Shown here piece after piece: positions 1 to 12,539 of a DNA stretch of 64,000 nucleotides (positions are counted from its first letter, which is position 1; the number at the start of each line of letters is the position of its first letter). Source of the stretch: Laetmonice hystrix (lineage: Eukaryota); the NCBI GenBank assembly GCA_965235115.1, contig OZ249440.1, positions 32,552,001-32,616,000 of the forward strand, written 5' to 3'. The notes beneath the pieces were generated by a model, which saw nothing but the letters and a program-made list of their open reading frames with translations, ran no database searches and was not told the origin of the DNA. A program made the position numbers and the translations under genes.

Positions 1-1142
1 TTTGGAACTAAACATGACAGAATCACAAATGACACCTAGGGGGACACGTTCATGACATTATTTTTACGATTCAAGGTCAAGGTCAAGGTCAAACTTAGTC
101 CGGGAGCCGGGGGGGGGGGGTATTTACAGTTTCGAGGCCAAAAGGTCTGAAGGTGGTTTTAGATGCGAAATGTTGTGCCTCACCTGGATCTGTGTGTCTT
201 ACAAGTTGAAACTGCTGGATTTGGGTGTGAGGCATCATTTTAGGAGAATTCGCTAATTTTCAAAATACGAAAATAATGACCCTGAATAATGGGGGGGGGG
301 GGGGTAACATAAACGCTTATAGAAAACGTGTACTTCATCATATTTTTGCAAATGAGATATTATTTGAAAGCCCAAACAACGTACTTTTAGATGGTATATG
401 TTTGTTATGTGTATATTAATTATCAAGGTCACCAGAGGTCAAAAGGTCACGTGGCAATGATACCGCTTAGAGGATTTACTCAAGTCTCGACATATGCTCA
501 TTGTCATCCACCTATGGGGAGAGAGAATTTCTCTTTGAACAATCTCTTATAGTTTGTTTGTAGCTGACATTGTAGCTGACATAGCTGAAGTTTCAACAAA
601 TTTGAAGAATTCGTTGATTTTCTGTAAATTCCTGAAAAAAATCACATTATTCGAAGATTTACAGAAAACCAGTCCTCCAAGATGCTGCCAAATCAGTTCA
701 CTGTGCATATGTTTTGAATTTATGTAAAACGCTAAATACATCTGTTTGACATAATATTAGGTCATTTTTGGAATTGTATGCATATCTAATTCGTACTGGA
801 ATTTTTGCATAGTACTCATTACGTACGTTCGCTCATAGAAAAGAGAGCACTTCAGTCTTCACTGTTTAGGGCTATCGAAGTATTTCTATATAAAAAACCA
901 TGTAATATGGCTACCTCCACCTGTTGGCATTGTATACTTATCGTGTGTTTCTTGAAAGTATTCAAAATAACTGTAAAACATTTCCGTCACGTACGTTCGC
1001 TACAGATAAATTCATGGTTGTGAAATGTATACTTCCCATTTGAGTATCTTCTCCAAAATTTAACAGTAGATGCCCCTCGCCTATACCTTTCATTTCCACT
1101 ACCTCACTATGCTGTCTGCTCGGGTGCTAGGCCAGCCATACC

Positions 1143-1395
1143 ATGTACGGACTCCTCACTGTACTGTTTGACCTCCCTTACTGTTTCGCCTCACTGTATT
1201 TAGGGCAGCCAGTACTATGTAGGGACTCCTCAATGTACTTTTTGGCCTCCCTGTACTGTATGGCCCCAGTGTACTGTTTTTCACCACTGTATTGTTTGGC
1301 CTCACAGTACTGTTTGCTTGTGTACAACGGTAACCAGTAGTGTAGGGACGCCTCAGTGTACTGTTTGCCCTCGCTGTACTTTTGGCCTCACTGGT
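1143..1395. repeat. Degenerate ~19-20 bp minisatellite (tactgtttggcctcactg-like)
   Basis: Repeated 'ctgtactgtttggcctca' variants; explains the LYC-repeat ORF 1143-1340. Confidence 0.75.
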
Positions 1396-1612
1396 TAGGT
1401 AGGGGCATAATCACTACAGTTTGGTCGGATATAAAGGGCCCTTATCACTACAGTCAGGTGGGGTACATAATGTCCTAATCACTAGTCAGGTGGGGTATAT
1501 AGGGCCCTAATCACTACAGTCAGGTGGGGTATATAGGTTCCTAATCACTTCACTCAGGTGGGGTACATAATGGCCTAATCACTACAGTCAGGTGGGGCAC
1601 ACTCCTTTTTTA

Positions 1613-2706
1613 GGGGAGTCGCGGTGGCCGAGTGGGCATGGATGTCGACACCTTATGCTATGCGAATGGGTGCAGTAATCTTGGGGCCGGGGTTCGATTC
1701 CTGTAGAGGACTATACAACTTTTCTCTTTAGGGACATTGTCAAAGTAATTGGGTTACCCCTGATGCCCGTGCATTTCAGAAGAAAAATACAGTCAGGTGG
1801 GGCATACAGGTTTCTTATCACTGCAGACAGGTAGGGTAGGGGCCTAATCACAACAGTCAGGTGGGGTATTTAGGGACCTAATCACTACATGTCGACACCT
1901 TATGCTATGCGAATGGGTGCAGTAATCTTAGGGCCTGGGTTCGATTCCTGTAGAGGACTATACAACTTTTCTCTTTAGGGACATTGTCAAACTAATTGGG
2001 TTACCCCTGATGCCCGTGCATTTCAAAAGAAAAATACAGTCTACGCCAGTGCCAGGATTACCTTAACAGTCAATGTTCGATAGAAATCATGTGTAGCTCT
2101 AACTAGGAAAATATGGATTCCGTCTCATTTAAAAAAGATGTGTGTAGGGGGGAGGGTCCATTGTCCTGCTCGACCACCAAAGCTCCTTTTTTAGGGGAGT
2201 GGCGGTGGCCTAGTTGGCATGGATGTCGACACCTTATGCTATGCGAATGGGTGCAGTAATCTTAGGGCCTGGGTTCGATTCCTGTAGAGGACTATACAAC
2301 TTTTCTCTTTAGGGACATTGTCAAACTAATTGGGTTACCCCTGATGCCCGTGCATTTCAAAAGAAAAATACAGTCTACGCCAGTGCCAGGATTACCTTAA
2401 CAGTCAATGTTCGATAGAAATCATGTGTAGCTCTAACTAGGAAAATATGGATTCCGTCTCATTTAAAAAAGATGTGTGTAGGGGGGAGGGTCCATTGTCC
2501 TGCTCGACCACCAAAGCTCCTTTTTTAGGGGAGTGGCGGTGGCCTAGTTGGCATGGATGTCGACACCTTATGCTATGCGAATGGGTGCAGTAATCTTAGG
2601 GCCTGGGTTCGATTCCTGTAGAGGACTATACAACTTTTCTCTTTAGGGACATTGTCAAACTAATTGGGTTACCCCTGATGCCCGTGCATTTCAAAAGAAA
2701 AATACA
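1613..2706 (+). repeat. Tandem tRNA-derived (SINE-like) units, 334-bp period, 4 full or partial copies
   Basis: A-box-like TGGCC(G/T)AGT(G/T)G and B-box GGTTCGATTCC followed by a T-rich run; ggatgtcgacacc recurs at 2221 and 2555. Confidence 0.75.
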
Positions 2707-3443
2707 GGCAGGTGGCGTATATAGGGCCATAATCACTATAGGCAGGTGGCATATACATATGGGTCATAATTTTGAACCATGTACAATTGCCTATTTTCAG
2801 ACTTGCAGCAACTCAAGGAGAAGATACTTAGACAGATAAGATACCATATAGAATGGTATACAATACAATACCAGATATGCATACAAACATTGCAAACATG
2901 ACCTAATATTAAGTAAAACAGATGTATTTAGCGTTTTAAATCATTCCCTGGCCAGTACAAGCATATTTATGCACACTGAAGAAGGTAGCAATGATATTCA
3001 TAGGAAGAATTTCAAGTTTGCACACACTCTCAACTTCTCAAAGCAGACAAAAACGTGGAGCTGTTGGTATAAAACTGCTATTTCTGTACAGAATTGGCTG
3101 GAAGTGTACGAAAGTATATATTTTCTGAAAGCAGTAATTAGTTCTCTAACAGATGAGATCAGAAAATCACATATTTATGCATTTCGTTTTATTTTATTTG
3201 ACCTTGAGTTGTTGAAAGTCTGAAAATAGGCAACTGTACATAGTTCAAAATTATGACCCATATACGCCACCTGCATGTAGTGATTAGGAACCTATATACC
3301 CGACCTGCCTGTAGTGATTAAAAATTGATACGCCACCTGCCTATAGTGATTAGGACCCTATATACGCCACCTGCCTATAGTGATTAGGACCCTATATACG
3401 CCACCTGCCTGTAGTTATTAGGTCCCTATATATACCCCACCTG

Positions 3444-5245
3444 ACTGTATTTTTCTTTTGAAATGCACGGGCATCAGGGGTAACCCAATTACTTTGACAA
3501 TGTCCCTAAAGAGAAAAGTTGTATAGTCCTCTACAGGAATCGAACCCAGGCCCTAAGATTACTGCACCCATTCGCATAGCATAAGGTGTGATTGGGCCCC
3601 TATTTAGCCCACTTGACTGTGGTGATTAGAAGCCTATATACCCCACCTGACTAGTGATTGGGCCCCTATGTAGCCCACCTAACTGTATTTTTCTTTTTAA
3701 ATGCACGGGCATCAGGGGTAACCCAATTACTTTGACAATGTCCCTAAAGAGAAAAGTTGTATAGTCCTCTACAGGAATCGAACCCCGGCCCCAAGATTAC
3801 TGCACCCATTCGCATAGCATAAGGTGTCGACACCTATGCCCACTCGGCCACCACCACTCCCCTAAAAAAGGAGCTTTGGTGGTCGAGCAGGACAATGGAC
3901 CCTCCCCCTACACACATCTTCCGAAATGAGACGGAATCCATATTTTCCTAGATAGAGCTACACATGATTTCTACCGAACATTGACTGTTAAGGTAATCCT
4001 GGCACTGGCGTAGACTGTATTTTGGCCAATTTTGACTAGTGATTGGGCCCCTATGTAGCCCACCTGACTGTATTTTTCTTTTGAAATGCACGGGCATCAG
4101 GGGTAACCCAATTACTTTGACAATGTCCCTAAAGAGAAAAGTTGTATAGTCCTCTACAGGAATCGAACCCAGGCCCTAAGATTACTGCACCCATTCGCAT
4201 AGCATAAGGTGTCGACATCCATGCCCACTAGGCCACCGCCACTCCCCTAAAAAAGGAGCTTTGGTGGTCGAGCAGGACAATGGACCCTCCCCCCTACACA
4301 CATCTTTTTTAAATGAGACGGAATCCATATTTTCCTAGTTAGAGCTACACATGATTTCTACCGAACATTGACTGTTAAGGTAATCCTGGCACTGGCGTAG
4401 ACTGTATTTTTCTTTTGAAATGCACGGGCATCAGGGGTAACCCAATTACTTTGACAATGTCCCTAAAGAGAAAAGTTGTATAGTCCTCTACAGGAATCGA
4501 ACCCAGGCCCTAAGATTACTGCACCCATTCGCATAGCATAAGGTGTCGACATCCATGCCCACTAGGCCACCGCCACTCCCCTAAAAAAGGAGCTTTGGTG
4601 GTCGAGCAGGACAATGGACCCTCCCCCCTACACACATCTTTTTTAAATGAGACGGAATCCATATTTTCCTAGTTAGAGCTACACATGATTTCTACCGAAC
4701 ATTGACTGTTAAGGTAATCCTGGCACTGGCGTAGACTGTATTTTTCTTTTGAAATGCACGGGCATCAGGGGTAACCCAATTACTTTGACAATGTCCCTAA
4801 AGAGAAAAGTTGTATAGTCCTCTACAGGAATCGAACCCAGGCCCTAAGATTACTGCACCCATTCGCATAGCATAAGGTGTCGACATCCATGCCCACTAGG
4901 CCACCGCCACTCCCCTAAAAAAGGAGCTTTGGTGGTCGAGCAGGACAATGGACCCTCCCCCCTACACACATCTTTTTTAAATGAGACGGAATCCATATTT
5001 TCCTAGTTAGAGCTACACATGATTTCTACCGTAGCCCACCTGACTGTAGTGATTAGAAGCCTATATACCCCACCTGACTGTAGTTTTCTTTTGAAATGCA
5101 CGGGCATCAGGGGTAACCCAGTTACTTTGACAATGTCCCTAAAGAGAAAAGTTGTATAGTCCTCTACAGGAATCGAACCCCGGCCCCAAGATTACTGCAC
5201 CCATTCGCATAGCATAAGGTGTCGACATCCATGCCCACTCGGCCT
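3444..5245 (-). repeat. Same tRNA-derived 334-bp unit in inverted orientation, 6 full or partial copies
   Basis: ggaatcgaaccc...gcataaggtgt recurs at about 3536, 3773, 4159, 4493, 4827 and 5169. Confidence 0.75.
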
Positions 5246-6273
5246 GATTAGGGCCTTATGTATCCCACCTGCCTGAAGTAATTAGGAATCTATATACCCC
5301 ACCTGACTGAAGTGATTAGGAACCTATATACCCCAACTGACTGTAGTGATTATGCCCCTATGTAACCAGTGAGGCCAAAGAGTATAGTGAGGGCAAACAG
5401 TACACTGAGGCCAAACCTCTACCTTAGGCTCCTATAAATGCCGTATTTTGGCCAATTTTGACTTTGACATTGTGGTATGACCTTGACCTTGAACCACAAA
5501 AACAATATGAACGTGTCCCTCGTCCTAGAAAACCCTTAAATAGAGGTGTCGTTTGTTATTCTATGACGTTTAGTTCAAAAGTTATGATGCACCCCCTTTG
5601 GGGGGGCTGCCATATTGGAATTGTCCAATATGGCCGCCAGGAGGAAAATTGAGCTTGTCTGCTGGCGGATTATGAAATGTCTAGGTCCTGTGCATCTGTG
5701 ATAAAAACCTCAGCATTTTGGAACTAAGTGAACGTTTTTTTTATTAAGCCCCCCTACTAAGAGGTGACCCAGTTTATCGGGTGTGCGTATTTCCGACCTC
5801 TATAGTATGTATCCGGAACAGACAGCATAGTAGGTCACGCTACCTGTTCAAGCAGCTAGACCGTTGCTGACGGCACAGAGTGAAGTAACCCGTTTCGGGA
5901 GCCTACTAGTCCTGAGCGTTGTAACTTTTATTAGTTCCCGGTCACTCGTGACACCCTCATCTGTTTCCTCCCAGTTCAAATGGCGTCTCAATGCGCAAGA
6001 ACGGATTAACGGTGCACAGCTGACGAATTCATGTTAATATGTCCAGATTATCGTTCTTTTCTCAGCTAAAAGGCAGGTATGACCTTTGATAGCGTTTTTG
6101 CTTGATGTTGAAAGCGTTTGGGGGAAATATAGGAAAATTGTCAACATTAGATTCACGTTGGAGAGTTGGGTCACTTCTTACATTTTCCGGCACTGCTTAG
6201 TCACAATCAGTGATAGAGCGGCCATGGACTATGGCTAATTCCTGCAGGTATTTGGGTATGTACAGGTACCAAC

Positions 6274-6606
6274 CAGACCTGCCAAATCTTTTTGCCTACC
6301 AAGTGGGAGAATCTCCCGCTTGAGGTAATCCCAAGCGGGAGATAATTCGCAACAAAACGGTACCAGTGATCAAACGTCTTGTAAATAGGCCTACAAGTAT
6401 TGATGTTCTTGCAAAGAATGGCCGAGCCTGGCGTTGTGGCGCCTCTGCCATCTGAACAAGGACACGCCCTCTCTTAACCCGCATTTTTTTCTGCAAATTA
6501 ATGGTCAGGCGGGAGATTTCACAGGTCAGTCGGGAGATCGGGAGAAAAGGAAAAAAAAAACAAATTCGGGAGTTCTCCTGGCTAAGCGGGAGTTTTGGCA
6601 GGTCTG
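6274..6606. mobile_element. Non-autonomous hAT-like MITE with 6-bp TSD
   Basis: TIR cagacctgccaaa / tttggcaggtctg; ACCAAC directly repeated at 6268-6273 and 6607-6612; internal gcgggag/cgggag subterminal motifs. Confidence 0.75.
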
Positions 6607-6879
6607 ACCAACTGAATCTCGATAAAGGCAAGAAGGCTGAGAAAAATGCAACTTTCCAAACATCTCATGACAAAAATTGACATCTCATTTTAGCCCAAGT
6701 CTCCTTTAGTGTGGTTAGGGTTGGGCTAGGTCTGGGGAGGGTTGAGTGGAAGAGAGATGTGACTTTGATAGATTGATAATATATCATGGAAATGTAACAT
6801 ACGAAGAGTGTAAGATGTTGAGTCCCCACAATGGGGATCCACGGGTTACGATGTTAGGACTTTGACAATTCCTAAACAT

Positions 6880-7121
6880 ATCTCAAATCCATGGTTTAAT
6901 GATGACTGCAAGCAGGCAATTAAAAACCGGAAGAAAGCAGAACGTCTTTTCAACAGGCACCAAACTGCAGTGAACCTTACCAAATCATGAGAGCAAGGGC
7001 ACGCCATATCTGTAAGAGAGACGGAGGCAGAGCTGGAGAGACTATGTCTCCAGCCTGACCTCTCGGTCTATCAAAAAAGTCTGGAGCATGATACCGAAAC
7101 TTAAAGGCAAGGGAGGTGGTT
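6880..7121 (+). pseudogene. Degenerate non-LTR retrotransposon ORF2 fragment (I/Nimb-like linker), part 1
   Basis: Reads PWFNDDCKQAIKNRKKAERLFNRH...WRDYVSSL...KKVWSMI..LKGK; interrupted by a MITE at 7125. Confidence 0.6.
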
Positions 7122-8416
7122 CTGGGCCCGGTTCGCGATACTAAGACATCTTGCTTAAGCTTAAGTTGAACGCAACTGATTGGCTAGTTGTCACCGGTTT
7201 AAGCAAGGCAGCTTAAATGTGTGGCAATCAGCCAATCAGAAATGTTAAAGCCAAATGCAACAATCCAGCTACCTTATACCTTCCCATATGCCTTATACAA
7301 TAAAGAATAACATCAGCAATAAATGCAGGTCAATAGGTTTTACATAAACGAGAATGCCAACCTTAAACTACGAGTACCGTACCTCTAGCCGAGAAATGAA
7401 CTCGGCGCCATTTTACATCACATTATCACATGGGAGATTGATTCAGCCAATCAAAAACAGTCAGGTCACCCGGAAGTGTGACGTCGCCAGAGCCGCGAGT
7501 TTCGACCAGGTGTCAGATCGGGTGAGGATACAAGGTAGTCAGAGAGTCTAGACTGAGAGCTGCGAGTAAGATTATCCGTGTCATAGTACTAGGACTGAGT
7601 AGGAGACCGATCAGCAGGTCTAACCACACCACTGACTTGGTGCTGATCCTTCGTGAAGATATGCCTGGGTGTGCTAGCTGAACGGTAGCCCGACGCTTTG
7701 ACAGTGGCAGTGCACGCCATGTCCCCGGCCGTAGACTGCCGTAGTCTGTCACTACTGCCAGACTCCATCCATGACCCAACCAGTGTACATTTCATTCTCT
7801 AGTTGACAATTCTCCGTATAAATAATAGCTTTCAGCCACCATTTCATGCGTTGGAGGGTATTGCGACGAATTTCTGTTCGTTTAAGCGCCCGGTAAGAGA
7901 TTTTTCACTACGTTGTCAATCGACCAAATTAGCATGTCTCGCCCCGTCCAACCACCAGTGCACGCCCGTCGGGAGCACCGTGCTGCCCCGCTGTTGACTT
8001 CACCACCTGACTCGGGTGTCGGGGTGAGTGAGGCATGGAGCCTGGGACAGGGCACGCATGAAGGGGACATGAAGTCATGTAATCGACATGGGCCGAGATA
8101 ACCATGGTCCGAGTTCACCAGTAACCATTATTGTACATAGTGTCCGTGAAGATGGTTGACCAACACAGTGATTGGGGAATGGGGTAGGCTCTAGGGACGC
8201 CATTTTTTAAGGTCTCACGGCAGTGAATTTCGGCAAGATGGACGCCGTGAACAAACGGGCAACTGTCAGTTTCTATCGGGGATTACTTTTAACACACAGA
8301 CTTTGTGGGAATTAGATGGTGGCAGGTAAAAGGCACTATACCATGGTTATCCATGGGCCCTATTGCTAGTGGCGGTTTCGGATCGCTTTAAGCTTATGCT
8401 TAAGCAAGATGTCTAA

Positions 8417-11400
8417 AGGGCGCGGTCCACTGTCCCGATCATCGGGCCCGATCTCGACCTACGATCTGATCGGGGGCGATCGTTTGTTACCCCCGATCGA
8501 TCGTTATAGTGGACGTAAGGATCGTTCCCGATGTAAGATGATCGGATCCGATGATTTCACAGGCCCGATCGCTTTAACACGGTTTAATGTGGTCGGGGCC
8601 GATCCTGCAATCGGGCCCGATCGATGGTATCTACAAGCACCGCTAGATGGCTCAGGGGTCTGACGTACGGCAGGCCGGAGCCATGATTTTTTTTTGGGGG
8701 GGGGGGGAGGGTGCGTATTCAGGGGCGGATCTAGGGTCTATAATCGGGGGGGGGGGGGGTCCTAGGGGTCCAGCATAAAAAGGGCAAATCGAGGGGGGGG
8801 GTCCGTTGTAAAAACAAAAGGCATTTTGGTTATAAAAAATTTAATTTGGCAAATTTGAGGGGGGGGGGGGGTCCGGACGCCGCCGACACCCCCCCCCGGA
8901 TCCGCCACTGCCGCATTATGGAGAAGAAGGGATATTTTTGCCATCGGTTTTCTCTTTCTAGGTGGCCTAATTTGGGCGGTAAAGGTGCTTACCAACGTCG
9001 CCAAAACAGTGGGGAAGGGAGGAAGCAAGAGGTTCGCAAACCAAAGCCCTCTTCGCAGTGTATGCCTGCAGAGGGCCGTGATGATCAAGGCTGAATCAAA
9101 GCCTACCCAGCAAGCCCCCCCCCCCCCCCAATGACGTAACGTTAAAACCAAGCATAGAGTCTACACCCCTTCTTGGCAGTCACAACCCCCCCCCCCCCCC
9201 CCAATTTGGCGCCAACCTGGATCCGTCCCTGCATGGGATTTCGAATACTCTGCATATTTATGTAATGAACAAGATATTGGGGAGGGGGGGGCTGATCCAG
9301 GCATTTGCGAAAGGGGGCTGCAGAGATAAAGGTAAGATAAAATTCTGCGGGCGCCAAAGGTGTGAGCCGTTCCTGCGGCTTGGAATCCGGGGGCCCTCCC
9401 TCCCAAAATTAATATGGAAGGCAACCCCCCCCCCCCTTTATTTCCCGGCATCTGGAGACCACTTTTCTGATAGAAATGAAAAGCCTGCTGGGTCACTTTC
9501 GATGATACCACCGACGATCCCAGCCAGTTTGCAGTGAAATTAGGCCTACTATGACAATTTTCGGGGCGGGGGGCCCAGAGGGGGTTACAAGGGGAAACTG
9601 CCCCCCCCTCCACTAGCTATGGCCTTGGCTGTCAATATTTAGGAAACAGGAATGCAGGGGACACCCGCCCCCCCCCACCCCTCATTACAGTCCCCCAGCG
9701 CCATGCATAGCTATAGGCGCGAAGCGCACAAGCCCCGCAGGCACAAATTATATAGGCCTAGGCAGGTCCAAGGTCATGGGCCCCAGAAATTTTTGGAATT
9801 TAAGGTGTATTTTGGTGACATCTGGTACATTTTGGAGCACAAAATAACTGAAGTTAGGAAGATCAGGAAATTCAGACTCAGAGGAGCTGGTGGGTGTCGT
9901 CGGCGCAGGGGGGGGGGGGGTGACCAACCAAATGACGTAGATCTAGATCTAGGTCCAAGTCAAACTCAAAGTCAGGTCAGGTGATCACGTGATCGGTGCA
10001 GACAGGTCGTTGCATGGCCCTGAGTTATCTTAATGCTGGACGACTGAGGAGGCCCTTTTGGGCCCGATGTCAGAGTATGTGAACACCGTGGGACCGACGG
10101 CCCGAGACCCGCTAAAAACCCGTCGGTCCGACAGACCTTCCCATTTAGCAGGCCCGATTGTCCCGCACACATTTGGCTGTTATGTACCCACCTAAGTCCC
10201 AAGTTGGCATCCATTGAGGAGAAGCTGCTCCACTACATGCAATAGACTCCACTACACTGTCCTTTAGCCAACCAGAGCACAGATATACATTTTATATTTA
10301 TTTATTCTATTGCACCTGGTAATGACACCAGCATAATAAAGACGTGTTATATTCATGAGCATGCGTTTTTGTGTAATTTTTGAAAAGTGACGTATTTCAG
10401 TAGGTCAGACAGAACTCTGGTAGGTCCCCCAGACTTGTTACTTCTGCAGGACCGCAGGTCCTGCAGAAATTTTGGCACTTTCACATACTCTGCGATGTTA
10501 CTATCAGGTACACTATAGGAGGCTTTTTTAAAAGCATTTTGTTGTAATCCTGGTTTCAGGGTCCGAATAATGCATCTTCATAAAAAAAAGGAAGGAAAAT
10601 TTAAGGGGGGCCGGGCCCCTTGACCCCCCTGGATCCCCCAGTGAACTATGATCATATTTATCATATATTTTAGGCCTTTACTGGCTTTTTTTATGTTTTT
10701 GCTCGATGGTTAGCCCCCCTAAAACATTCCTGGATAGCCCATGGATCACACTGGCGGATCCAGGGGGGTCACATGGGGTCCGGACCCCCCTCCCTAAAAT
10801 TTCATGGCGCCTCTCCTGCCGATCATGAATTCGGACCCCACACCCACATGCAGCAAACTCTAAAATATAGGCGACAGCATTGTAGGCCCAGTGGCGGGCG
10901 CAGGGGCGCGCCAAGGGGGTGCAGGAGCGCGCCCCCTTCTGGCCGTCGCAAGATAAAAAAGACCAATTTTTTTTTCATACCTCTAGAGACAAGGTTGTGT
11001 TGCTGTTGGACTTGAGGCTCGAGGCCCTTTTTCGGGGGCCCGATGTTAGCCTACTATCACGTACAGGAGGATTTTTAAAATAATGTTGTTGGAATGCTGG
11101 TGTCAGGGGCATCTTAGTCCCCTCCAAAAAAGAGCAAAATTTAGGGGGGCCCAGGGGCCCGGGCCAGGACCCCCCCCCCTCCCCCATGCAGTGTTGATGT
11201 GAGTTACCGTTTTATTGGAGGAAATAAATATATGCATAATGAAATTGTCTGTGATTGAATTTTTGCACCCCCCCCCCCTTAACAAAATTTGCGCCCCCTT
11301 AACCAAATCCTGGATCCGCCAGCTGATGCCTACTTCAGACTTTTGACATCGGTCATTGAAAAGCTTATTTTGTGCTCCAAAATGCATCGGATTTCACCAA

Positions 11401-11741
11401 ATTACACCTTGAATTTCAAAATTTTCCGGGGGGGCATGCCCTCGGACCCACCCTAGCAAGGCTTCGCGCCTTGGGCGCTTGCGGACTTCGCGCCTTCGGC
11501 GCTTGTATACAGTCACGCCTGTGGCGCCCCTAGAAACTTTGGACCCCCCTACTTGAAAAAGCTGGATCCGCCCCCTGAATTGGTACCGATTTCAACCGGG
11601 GTGGATTTCAATCGGTACCGATCACTCGGGACAGTGGACGTTAGGATCGGTTTCAAGTAATCGGGTACGATTTGGGGGCCGATCCTTGCAGTGATCGGTG
11701 CCGATCCGATCGGGCACGATCGGGACAGTGGACCGCGCCCT
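8417..11741. mobile_element. PIF/Harbinger-like MITE inserted into the TIR of the outer element
   Basis: TIR agggcgcggtccactgtcccgatc / gatcgggacagtggaccgcgccct; flanks TAA / TTA; cgatc-rich subterminal repeats. Confidence 0.8.
8670..11580. mobile_element. Cluster of small nested G/C-tract MITE fragments (CAGGGGCGGATCC / GGATCCGCCACTG type)
   Basis: Many copies of caggggcggatc, cagtggcg, ggatccgccactg and poly-G/poly-C tracts; the same ends recur near 14845, 35036, 48583, 49790, 51561 and 63570. Confidence 0.65.
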
Positions 11742-11764
11742 TTAGTATCACGAACAGGGCCCAG

Positions 11765-11973
11765 GAGTCCAAAACACCAAGACACCCTACTAATCACCAC
11801 AGATGGAATAGCTAACAAACTGGCTGAAACCTTTCGAAACCAACTCCTCCTCCAGGAGCTGCCTCCCTCAATTCCAAGCCATTATATGTGCTCGAAAAGA
11901 GAAACAAAATCTAAACGTCCACTCTGACAACAGAGAAGAGTATACAACCAACTCTTTCTCTATTGAAGAACTC
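11765..11973 (+). pseudogene. Continuation of the I/Nimb-like LINE fragment from 6880-7121
   Basis: Reads ...DGIANKLAETF..NSSS... immediately after the Harbinger-like insert. Confidence 0.5.
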
Positions 11974-12539
11974 AAATGTGAGTGTTCGAAGCAGCGCCTA
12001 GTGAGTCGCGTTGGTACCACTGGGGAAATGTGAGTGTTCAAAGCGCCTTGTAGTGAGCTTTAACAGAATTTTTTTTGGCTTATTTATGCAGTCAACTAGA
12101 ACTAGTTTGATGTGGAAATCAGTATTTTTTAAACCATGAACCAAACTGTGTGCCAGAACCTGTCTCCTCCATTGAATGCTATAGTTAAGATCCGTGTGTT
12201 TTGCCAAGGCACTGACTGTAGGCTGTAACTTTTTTTTAATTCGATGACCCCCAATTTTTTTGTTTGTACTATTAGTCCTGATCCACTTTATCTTGTCACC
12301 GAGTTTCAGGAGAGAATCAGTGGTCATATTTTAACTATTAGTCAAAATGTCTGAAAAATCCCGTTTTTCCCATCGAAACCTATAGTAAAGACCCATTTTT
12401 TACAGAGGCCTGTATAAAAAAATCTAATTCGGTGACATATGATTTTTTTTTGTTTCTATAAAAATGTTATATTGTTATATAAAAATATTTTGAAAATTCT
12501 AGTGGTCAATCAAATTCCGTCGAACACTCACATTTCCCT
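11974..12539. mobile_element. MITE remnant (Kolobok-like right end followed by TTAA)
   Basis: aaatgtgagtgttcg at 11974 and gggaaatgtgagtgttc at 12023 are inverted relative to cgaacactcacatttccct|ttaa at 12521-12543. Confidence 0.45.

Larger units (their letters stand above)
1351..5411. mobile_element. Foldback-type element with long modular inverted arms (left ~1351-2818, right ~3202-5411) around a ~380 bp spacer
   Basis: Outer ends cctcagtgtactgtttgccctc... / ...gagggcaaacagtacactgagg are reverse complements. Inner ends atgggtcataattttgaac...ttttcagact / agtctgaaaa...gttcaaaattatgacccat also are. Both arms contain 34-bp (taatcactacagtcaggtggggtatatagggccc) and 334-bp repeats in opposite orientation. 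Confidence 0.85.
7125..11761. mobile_element. PIF/Harbinger-like non-autonomous element (outer), right TIR split by a second insertion
   Basis: Left ggcccggttcgcgatactaagacatcttgcttaagc; right gcttaagcaagatgtc[insert]ttagtatcacgaacagggcc; flanks CTG / CAG. Confidence 0.75.

Noticed and set aside
1613..5245. Functional tRNA gene cluster or hammerhead retrozyme array
   Set aside because: Acceptor and T stems pair poorly; no CTGANGA...GAAA hammerhead core seen on either strand (only ctgatgc)
1400..5360. CRISPR-like look of the 34-bp repeats
   Set aside because: Repeats are contiguous or separated by repeated rather than unique sequence; no cas genes; eukaryotic context
8409..11927. Many overlapping 60-150 aa Gly/Pro-rich ORFs
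   Set aside because: They derive from poly-G/C tracts of nested MITEs; no domain motifs
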